Source of the DNA: a virus
Lineage: Duplodnaviria > Caudoviricetes
Length of the DNA stretch: 57,275 bases
IMG/VR virus record: IMGVR_UViG_3300020463_002067
Location: 1 to 57,275 of that record
Reading direction: 5' to 3' (one strand)
The notes beneath the pieces are model-generated. The model had not been told where the DNA came from. It was given only the letters and a program-made list of their open reading frames with translations, and made no database searches. Of this stretch, positions 9,401 to 21,400 are shown piece by piece (position 1 is the first letter of the stretch; every line of letters begins with the position of its first letter). A program made the translations under genes and the position numbers.

Positions 9401-12400
9401 TAATATTAGACGATACCTATATCACACAACCAACAGATATAACAGGTCCGTGGAAAGTATACGGCAGAGACGAAAAAACAACAAAGTCTTACAAAGGTAA
9501 ACTTGGTTGGTTCTATCCTTTGTATACAGATGAATTATCAGCACAACAAGCAGACACAGTAAACGGCGGCTCTGGTAAAGCACATACACACATATTTGCA
9601 GGTACTAATAAAGTATTTTACATGCCAGATAGCAAAATGAATCATGCTACTAACGACAGTCAGTTGCACGAAGAATATCCAAACGCTTATCCAGTGTTAC
9701 AAGGACACGATGGTAGTTTGTGGAGATGTTTTGGAGACTTTAGAGATAATCTTTTATTAGATATTGAAAAAAGAATTTATAATAACCTTAAGTTACCATA
9801 TGATGAAAACATTGTAAACATTGCTGATTATATTCCTAGCAAAAATAGAAACACAGGATTTACAAGAAAGCAAATTTCAAAAACAATGATTTCAGAATTT
9901 AACAGTTGGTTAGAAACTGTTGGAACACCTGATTACGTAACTAACAATGTTTACAAAGCTGGCAACGGATTTACGTATAATTATTCATCCGCTGGAGATC
10001 CTAACAACCTAGCACTAACAGGTTTTTGGAGATCAATATACAAAGACTTTTATAATACTGATAGACCACATAGTCATCCTTGGGAAATATTAGGATTAAA
10101 AGAAAAACCAGAATGGTTTGATACTGAGTATGGTTCATCACCTTATACAAGAAATAACTTGTTACTTTGGGAAGATATTAGTAAAGGTATTGTTAGAGGT
10201 GCAGAAGGATCAAAAGTTACATATAGAAATAAATTTAAGAATGAAGACATTTACAAATTTATTCCAGTTGACGATGAAGGTAATTTGTTACCACCTAATG
10301 AAACAGGTTATGCTTTAGGAAATGTTCCTACTACAAATGCTAACGAGTTTGCATTTGGTGACGAAGGACCTGTAGAAACTGCCTGGCGTAGAAGTTCACA
10401 CTATCCATTTAGTTTGATGATATCTTGGGCACTAAATCAACCAGCACAGTTTTTTGGATTAGCGTTTGACAGAAGTAGGATTGTACGTAACGGCGCAGAC
10501 CAATTAGTTTACAAAGATACAAGTAAACGTATTGAATTAAATCAGTTACAATTTCCTAACAGTGCTACAGATGACAATAGAGTATTTACTGCTGGAGTAG
10601 TTAACTACATGCAAGGTTATCTTGCAGATAATGATACCGTTAGATTCACTGATTACAAAACAAATATAACATCTATTGAAAATAAGTTAGGATCTAAAAT
10701 TGGAGGCTTTACACAAAAGTCTAAGTTTAGATTAATTTTAGATTCAAGAACACCAACTAACGAAGGCAATGTTTTTGTTCCTGAAGAAAACTATAAAATA
10801 CAATTAACTAAAAGTGTTCCTACACAAGTATATTCTTATAGCGGAATGATTATTGAAGTTGCTCCGTCAGGGTATATTGTAAAAGGTTACGATAAAGACA
10901 ATCCTGTATTTAAATACTATCCTGTTAGAAGAAAAAATAGTGATCAAGTAATTAATGTAGGTGGAATTAGTGAAAACTTTTTAACTTGGACCGAAGGCAA
11001 AACTTATGAAGCAGGACAGATTGTTGAATTGTCTGATAATTATTACAGAGTTAAGATATCACATACATCAGGCGACGGGTTTATTCAAGATAACTTTCAA
11101 AAACTAGCAGAGCTTCCTGAAGAAGGCGGAGCATCAGCATATATTTCTACCAACCACAATGCATCACTTGCAGAACTTCCGTACGGTACATTGTTTAGAG
11201 AAAAACAAGATGTAGTTGATCTTATGATGGGCTACCAAAAGTATCTTACTTCAGTAGGATTTAGTTTTGAAAATTTTAACAAAGACATTGAAGAAATTGA
11301 AAACTGGAGATTAAGTGCAAAAGAATTTTTATTCTGGACTACACAGAATTGGGAAGCTGGTACAATTTTAACAGTTAGTCCAAGTGCAAGAGAAATTACA
11401 TTTTCGCAAGAATATTCTGTTATTGACGACATATATGATAACTTTTATGATTATAGTTTACTTAAAGCTGATGGAAAACGTTTGCTTGCAGATTTTGCAA
11501 CAACTGAAAGAGATAATACAAACGATTTTGGTATATTTGTTAAGAATACTGAAGATGGAATATTCCATCTCAAAATGCCGTTAATACAACACGAACATGC
11601 AATTATTATTGATAATAAAACTGTATTCGGCGATGTAATTTATAATAGAGCCCAGGGTTATAGGCAAGAAAGAATTAAAGTAAAAGGATATCGTTCAGAC
11701 GAATGGAACGGATCATATAACATTCCAGGATTTATTTTCGACGATGCAAAACCAACAGAGTGGATTGCTTGGCAAGATTATAGTATAGGTGCATTAGTAA
11801 AGCATAAACAATATTTTTATGTTGCTAAATCTAACGTTACCGGATCTAGTATTTTTCAAGATAAAAAGTTTTTAAGACTTAATGAAAAGCCTGAGCAACA
11901 GATGTTACCTAACTTTGATTATAAAGCAAAACAGTTTGCAGACTTTTATGACCTAGATTCAGATAACTTTGATATAGAGCAACAGAAGTTAGCTCAACAT
12001 GCAACAGGATATCAAAAACGTAAATATCTTGAAAATATTATTAATGACGAAGTAAGTCAATATAAATTCTTTCAAGGTGCTATACAAGATAAAGGAACAA
12101 AAAATGTTCTTACTAAATTGTTTGATAAGTTAGGAAGTGCTAACAAAGATAGTTTAGAATTTTTTGAAGAATGGGCAGTACGTGTCGGACGTTATGGTGC
12201 AACTGAGGGCGATGATCAATTTGATGTTATTTTAGATGAAACAAAATATAGACAAGAACCACAGCAAATTGAATTAGTTAACGAAATTAATCCGCAGGAT
12301 ACTAGTTTAATTTATAGACTATCAAGAAATGATATCTATGTTAAGAGTAAAAACTATAATCATAAACCGTTCCCAACGAAATATTTTAACGAAGACAATA

Positions 12401-15400
12401 GTTATACTAAATCCGCAGGATATGTAAATCCATCAGACGTTAGTTTATCTTTATTAACTTACAATGATCTTTTACAACAAACAAATATTGCAACAAACAG
12501 TTATATTTGGACAGCTTCAGATAAAAGTCAACAAACTTGGGGAGTTTACAAATTAGAATCAACAGATTTTAGAATCTCAGGAGTAACAGCAAGCGAGTCA
12601 GATAAGTTTACAATAACATTAGATAAAGCACCAAATTATACAAAAGGTGATATTATTGGAATTAATGACATTTCAGATGCAACTGATGGATACTATAAAG
12701 TAGACAGTGTTTCTTTAAATGTTATTACTTTAGAAAACCTTGAAGGTGAAGAAGTAGAAGCAACAGATGATGATGCGGTAGTAAATGGATATATTACAGA
12801 ATTTAAAATTGCTAGATTACCGACACTATCTAAAGCAAATGACAGTTTTATAAACACTAATATATTAAACAATAGGCTTTGGGTTGATGATGACGATACT
12901 GGCAAATGGTTAGTATTACAAAACAAAGAAGTATTTGAACTAAAACCTAATATTATTAATACTTCTGCTGGACTACTTGACTCTACAGAAAAAGATTTTG
13001 GTAGTGCATTTAGCGTATCAAGTAACAATAATCGTATTGCAATTACTGCACCTAAAGATTTAAACGGTAGTGTTTATATTTTCCAAAGACCTAGTGACAA
13101 TACAGATTTTGGATTTTTACAACAAATAGACGAGCAGTTGTTCTTGTTCGATTCAAATGGAGGATTTGGACAAAGCGTTGCAATGAGTCCAGACGGAAAG
13201 TATCTTGCAATTGGTTCTCCGCATGCTTCAAATGTAAAGAGTAGATTAAGAGGAGATTTTAATCCTAGAGAACCATATGCTATAGGAGATATTGTTTTAT
13301 ATTCTGAACAGTTATGGAAAGCAGATAGAGTTATTGAAGCAGATGCATTGCAAGTGTACAGTAATCATTCATCTAACCAACAAGCAAAAGAAAACGATTA
13401 TGATTCAACTACTCAAACTTATCCAGAAATTGAGTATATAGTTAGAGGAGATTATACATTAGGTGCAGATGAGTCAACTGATCATATTTTAGTTAGAGCT
13501 GAGAAAGAACAGTTTGAAGGAACTAAGTCAGGCGATATATTAACTCTTAAATGGAACAAGTATACAACAACAGCTTCAGCTGGAGTATTACCTTTTAACG
13601 GTGATAGTACATTAACTGAATCTTTAATTAATGGCAGTCATACTATCATTGATAAGGTTCAGCATATTATTCATATTCAAAGTGCTTTAAGTGTACCTGA
13701 TGCTGGTACTGAAATTACAACAGACACTTGTAGAGCAGTAATACAATATAGAAAAGTAAACAATGAAAATGAAATGACTGTTTACATTAAAGATGTAAAT
13801 GGCTCATTCCAAGGCACAGGAAAAATTTATGCAGACGGCATCCTAGTTGGTGACTATGTAGAATCATTACAAATTACTGATGATTATCATACAGGTTGGT
13901 GGCACGTAGGAGTAGGAAGTTCGTTTTTGTCAAGCAATTTAGTAGAAACAAAAGCAAATCTTGTTATACAAAATATTACAGTTGAAGGCGACACAGTTAA
14001 TGATCCTTTCTTTAGTAATATTTTAGATACTAAGCAGGTACAAAATGTACTTGAACCAACTAAAGTAAGTGAAATAGGAATACTTTCTCATACTCAAGGA
14101 CAGAGTAATATTGAAGTCTTAGATAGTAAGTGGTGGGTTAGAACACCATTAGCTCACGGAAGCAGTATTACAGTAGGCGATAAAACAAGACTTTGGCTAA
14201 ACACCATACGTGTAAACGGATTAGTTCAAGATCCTTCAGCTATAGGATTAGCATCAACTTATATTAATAATACCGAACATACAGTTGCAGATATATGGAA
14301 TGGTTATGTAGAAGTTAGATTAACAAACTTTGATCTTAACGGAGATCCTTTTATTCCAAATGTTGGAGATACATTAACAGATACTGCAACAGGCTCAACA
14401 GGTGAGATTGCATTTATTGAGAGAGCATTTTCTACAGCAAAAATTTACATAAAAAATAGAAGTGGTACTTGGGCTGTAGGATCAGATTTTGGTGTTAATT
14501 CAAATGCAACATTTGTTGAAAATGTTCCAGGTCTTGGACCTGCTACAAGAACTATTGGACCTATTAATTCTGCACATATGGAAAATACTATTTCAGGACC
14601 TATTATAGTTATTGACAGTTCTGTTAATATTCCTGTTGTAGTTGGCGGTGCAAACTATTTACGAGATTTAGAATACTGGATTTATTCAGATAATACAATC
14701 GAAGGTATCACAGATGTTGCTAATCCTCCGTCTAGTATTAACTTAGATTGGAAAAGAGTTTATAACATACCAGCAATAGCAGAAGGTTATGGAACAGCAT
14801 TAGAAGAACAAGGTACGTTTGCAATTTACGAAATGAGAGGTACAACATACCAATTAATTAATTATTATACTGTTCCTAATAGTGCAGACTATCGTAAGCT
14901 AGGAACAAAACTAAAATTTGTGCAACCAACAACTGATAGTTACAAATTGTATATTCATGCTGAAGGTGATGGCACAGAACATAATCAAGGTAGAATTTAT
15001 TTTGTTAATAAAAATGCTGAAGATGATTGGGCATTGTCTGTACAGAAAAATTACAGAGGAGACTTTAGAGTTTCAGCAACTTATTTTGAAGGTGAATTTA
15101 TTAGGTTCGGCGAAACAATTTATAAAGCTAACACTAACTTAGTCCCAGGAGTGTTTAATGTAAGTCAATGGACTGCACAAACTAATGGATTAGATCTTTT
15201 AGGATATGTACCCAATGATACAAACTTCTCTTTAGTTGAAAGCACATTAGAGCAAAGAAATTTAGAAGCATTTGGATCTGATTTTGATGTAAGTTTAAAA
15301 GGCGAAGTATTAATTTCTAATTCTATGTATACTAGTGTTTACGAAATTGAATCAGGTGACACAGTATTAGGATTAGATAGTAGTATTGCAAATAGAAAAG

Positions 15401-18400
15401 TTGTAGTTTACAGACAAAACGGATCAAACTATGAATACTCACAAATACTAGAACCGTTTAATGAAATCGAAGACTTTGGATTATCTATTGCAGTATCTAA
15501 TGATGGTAAAAAGATTGCTGTAGGTGCACCTAATAATAGTGACGTATCAAAAAATGGCGGAGCAGTTTACATTTACATACAAAGTGGAAACACATTTGTT
15601 TACAATCAAACATTACGTCCAATAGATAAATCAGTAAACATACAATTTGGTACTAAGATTGATTTTGACGGAAATACACTTGCAGTTGCATCACGTGGCG
15701 GCAGTATGATTGAAAGTGCTACTTTTGATACCTTTAGAGATAGAAAAAATGCAGATATAAAAACTGTTGATAGATATATTTTAGATAATAAATCACAGGT
15801 TAATCCAGTTGCAACTTCTTTTGATAATAATTCAACAGTATTCCAAACAATAGACCAAGGTAGTGGTGTTGTAAGTTTATATGAAACTGTTAATAACACA
15901 TTATTATACAGTCAAAACTTTGCATATGATTTAGATACACAAGACTTTGGTAATAGAATGGCTGTAAACACCAATCATGTTTACATAGGACTACCTAAAC
16001 AGCAAGTACCAAACAGTAGTATACTTGATAAAGGGTTAGTTGCAGAATTTAGAAAACCAATGAATACAACATCTTGGTCAATTACAAGAGAACCTGTAAT
16101 ACCAGTAGATACTAGTAAGTTTAAAGGTGTTTATTTGTACAATAGGAAAACTAACGGATTACGCACATATCTCGACTACATTGATCCTATCCAAGGAAAG
16201 ATTGCAGGACCGGCAGAACAAGAAATATCTTTCAAAACAAGTTATGATCCAGCAAAGTATTCAAATTCAACAGATGCTACTATTACAGCAGATACATTAG
16301 ATTATACAAGCGATGAATGGATTGGTAAGTTATGGTGGGATATTGACAGTGCTAGATTTATTAATTATCATCAAGGTGATATATCAGAATCAACAGCAAA
16401 CTTTAATACATTGTTTGCAGGAACTAATGTACAAGTTCACGAATGGGTAGAATCAAAATTACTACCAAGTGAATGGGACGAACAATCAGCTACAGCTGAT
16501 GGCGTAGAAAACGGCATATCAGGAACATCACTATACGGAGATAGTGTATACAGTTCTAGAAGAGCATATGATGAAGCATCACAAACATTTGAAACTTATT
16601 ATTACTATTGGGTAACAAATAAAACAACATTACCGGAAATAGCAAACAGATCAACAACAGCATTTGATGTAGCTCGCTATATTGCAAATCCTGCATCAAT
16701 GGGTTACAGATTTGTTTCAATGTTAGGCGATAATAGATTTGCATTATTTAATTGTACTCCGTTTATTACAGATACAGATACAGCAATAAGTTTCAATTGG
16801 TGGACTATTGAAAATCAAGAGCAACCTACACATATCCAATATCAATTAATAAGTGATGGTTTAGAAACAAGTGTACCTAATAGAGAAATAGAACAAAAAT
16901 GGTTTGATAGTTTAGTTGGCTTTGATAAAAATGATAGGCCTGTTCCAGATATTAGCTTACCAATTAAGAATCGCTATGGTGCATTAAATGATCCAAGACA
17001 GAGTTGGTTTATTAATAGAACAGAAGCACGTAAACAATTTATTGAAAGAACAAATAGTACATTAAGCAAGAATTTAATTGTTGATGAATTTGATTTAACT
17101 AAACTAACAGGTTTTGATCCAAGTCCTACAGTAGCAACAGGACTCTACGATACAACTAGTGATAGTAATGCTGAACTAAGATTTGTTAGTGTTGCTAGAG
17201 TTAAGCCGGCTTCTTTAACATTAGAAGTTGAGAATGGTGTTATTATCAATGTAATAGTTAATGATCCTGGACAAGGATATATTAATACTCCTACATACAG
17301 AATTACAGATACTGAAGGTAGCGGAGCAGAATTAAAATTTGAACTTGATGCTAACGGTAAAATATCAACTGTTGAAATTGTTAACGGCGGTAGAGATTAT
17401 ACAAACAGTGTAGCAATTACAGTTAGAAAATTTGCAGTTCTAGTTAAGAGTGACGAAACTGTTAGTGGTAAGTGGAGTGTTTATGAATGGGATGGTACAG
17501 AGTACTTAAGAACGCTTACACAAAGTTATGATATAAATCTTTACTGGCAATATAGAGATTGGTACGCAACAGGTTATAATAAATTTACATTTATAAATCA
17601 TACTGTAGATGCAAGTTACCAAATTTATGCATTAGATGATGAAATTGGTGATATTGTTAAAATTAACAGCGTTGGTACAGGCGGTTGGTTATTACTAAGA
17701 AAGATTTCTAACTTAGATACACAAGACTACACATTGAGCTACGAAACTATAGGTAGAGAAAACGGAACAATAGAATTTAAAAACAGCCTATACGATACTA
17801 GTGCAAGTAATAGTGCGTTTGACGGTGCAAGTTTTGATAAAATATTCTATGATACAGAACCAGATACAGAATTTAGAAAAATACTTGAAATTTTAAAATC
17901 CGATATCTTCATTGATAACCTTGCAGTGTATTGGAATGAATTGTTCTTTGCAAGTGTGCGTTATGTATTAAGTGAGCAACCTAATGTTGATTGGGTATTT
18001 AAAACTAGTTTTGTAAAAGCAAAACATAATATTGGTGAACTACAACAAAAAGTAACTTTCCAAAACGATAGTCTTCCAAGTTACCAAGATTATGTTACAG
18101 AAATGAAACCTTATAAAACTAAGATTAGAGAATATCTAAGTGCTTATGAAAAAATAGATCCTGCAAGTAATGTAATTACTGATTTTGATCTTGCTCCTTA
18201 TTATAACGAAGATGAAGGAAAGATTGTTCCACAAAGTGTTCAAGTTATTGGCAATGAAGTAATACCTGGAGTTTCAGATGTACAAAATTATCCTAGTAGA
18301 CATTGGTTAGACAATTTAGGTTTTGAAGTTCTATCGTTTAGTATTGCTGATCCGGGTTCAGGGTATCAAGTTCCACCTAAGATTATTATTAGCGGCGGCG

Positions 18401-21400
18401 GCGGCTCAGGCGCAACAGCAGAAGCATTTATTGGTACAGGTGGTAAAGTAACAAGTGTTACAGTTACAAATGCAGGTAGCGGATATATAACAAGACCTAC
18501 TATACAAGTTGTTGGATCTTTTGGCGACACAGGATCTGTTGCTAGACTAAGTCCTATCTTAGGAAGAGGCAAAGCACGATCTGCACATATTAGATGTAAG
18601 TTTGACAGAGTAACAGGAACATATTTGTTCCAAACACTTAATGAAACGCAAACATTTACATCTGGCGTTGATCAACAAATATTTAATTTAAAATGGCCAA
18701 TGCAGTTAGTGTCAACACAGATTACTGTAACAGTTGACGGACTAGAATCATTACGTAGTGAATACACATTTGATAATATTATAGACACTTCAAAAGAATA
18801 TACTAGAAGCTACGGACGTATTACGTTTAGTAATGCACTTTCTGTGAATAGAACAATAACTATTACATATAATAAAGCACCAGAGTTATTACAAGCACAA
18901 GATAGAATTAATCTTTATTACAATCCAACTACTGGTATGTATGGAAATGACCTTGCACAGTTAATGGACGGTATTGATTATGGCGGAGTTGAAGTAAGTA
19001 GTTTTGACTTTGGTACAGGTACTGGTTGGGATTCCGATGGTTGGTTTACAACAACTTATGATACATTTGATACTACATTTGAAGATGAAATTTTCCAAAT
19101 TGGTGACGATAGTACACGGGTTTTAAATTTTGCTACTCCGTTAGTAGCAAACACAGTTTATAATGTTTATAAAAACGGTGTTAGATTAGACGATCCAAAT
19201 TTTGGCACAGCAAATCCTGTAACTAATACAAATGCAGTAATGCAAAGTGTTACTGGCGCAGGACAAACAGGTGTTGCATTGTATGGCGCTGATGATTTAG
19301 GAACCAGTATAATTTTACTTAACGAAGAAGTTATTCCAACAGGATCAGGAGATATACTTGTATTTAGAAAAAGTACTTCCGACGGAGCATTTTTGCCTGA
19401 TCCAAGATCTTATGATACTGTATTAACAGGTGGCGACTTAGCATTTAGTACAGCAAGAGGTATCAATCCAGAAGAAATTATTGTTGACGGTGATGACTTT
19501 ATAAGTCCAACAACATCAAAAGGTCCTGAAGAACAAGTACCAGGGCAAGTATTAGATGCAGTAAACATTAGAGTATTCCATAGACCTAAAGAAGGAGGTA
19601 GTTTACTGTCAAGTAACTCTTATAGATCAGATGGTATTTCAGGAGTATACGAGTTTGGTATTCAACCACAGAATAAAGAAGGTTTGATTGTTAAACTTAA
19701 TGATGTAATATTAGCACAATCTTTATATAAAGTAGATTACAGATTGAAAACAGTAACATTCAATACAGTACCTAACGCAAACCAAGAAGTTAATATTGTA
19801 TCAATTAGTGGTAACGGTAAAAACTCATTAGAACAAAGTGAATTTGTAGGTGATGGCAGTACTTTAGCATATGTTACAAAAGTTCATTACGATACTAACT
19901 TAGATTATTATGCAACAGTAAACGGTAAACCAGTAGAAAGTGTACTTACATCAAGCGGTGATAGTACTAACAAAGATCCAAAAGCAATGATTGTATTTGG
20001 TAGTCCACCACCAGACAACAGTATAATTAATTTTGCAGTTTATACAGGAATAGATAACTTTAGTAAAATTGAAACAACAGAATTTATAGGTGACGGAAGT
20101 ACTAAGTTATTCACACTTGATAAAACACCGTATAGTGCTTTACCTAACAGTCATAATGTAATTGTTAAACAAGGAAATAAAATTTTAAATCCTGGATACA
20201 ATCAATCATTTAATTGTACCCTAGCACAGAGAGAATATTTCTTAGAACCATGGCAAGCACCAATTGGAAGTTTCCAATCTAAAGACATTCAAATATTACT
20301 AAATGGTAAAGAACTTACTATTGCAGTTGAATATAATCTTCGTCCTGCAAATAGTAGTGTTATACTTGAGCCGGGGATCGGCCGCGAAGGTGATATATTA
20401 GAAGTTTATATAAGAACAGATGGAGAGTATGCGTTTGGCGATGTACAAAATATTAACTCTAATCTTACTTGGGTAGATAGTGGCGCACTTTTACAGCTAA
20501 ACACAGCACCACCAGATGGCGAAAAACTTACAGTTTATACATTTAATAAACATGATAGTATGGATTTTGAAAGACAGAATTTTGATGTTGTTGCAAGAAG
20601 TGTAATTGCTGTAGGAACAGAAGACCATATACAGTTTAATCATATTAAAGCAGGATTAGTAAAACTTAGATACCCTGCTATTGATGCACAGTATGTTTGG
20701 TTAACAATTAACGGTATATTACAAACACCTAGTGTTGATTATAAATTAACTGAAGATAGGAACTTTATAAAACACAACGGCTCTTTTGCAGATGATGATG
20801 TAATTGAAGTAATACAATTTAGTGCCCAAGGCGAAATTTCACCTAAGTTTGGATTTAGCCAGTTTAAAGATATACTAAACAGAAATATTTACAAACGTCT
20901 TGGAGATGTTGCACCACTTAAACTTGCTCAAGATTTAGCAACGTTTGATAAAGAGATACTTTTAGATGATGCATCAGCACTAAGTACACCTGATAAAAAT
21001 AGCAGTCAACCAGGAATATTGTTTGTAAATGGTGAGCGTATTGAATATTTAATTAAGCAAGGTAACGTATTACGACAAATACAAAGAGGAACACTAGGAA
21101 CAGGTGTTGCAAGTCTACACGAAGCAGGTAGTGATGTATACAATCAAGGACCTAACCAAACAGCACCTTATGCAGATCAAACTATTATAGACGAGCAAAT
21201 AGGTGATGGTTCTACAGCAGTATTTCCTCTAGCATTTACGCCTACAAGCGTAAATGAGTTTGAAATATTCGTTGCAGGCAAAAGATTACGTAAAAATGCT
21301 GTACAGATGTTTAATCCAGCACTGGATCAAGACTCTCCAGAAGCAGATGAGACTGCACTAGCTGAATTTTCAGTAGATGGTACAACAGCAAACGTAACTT

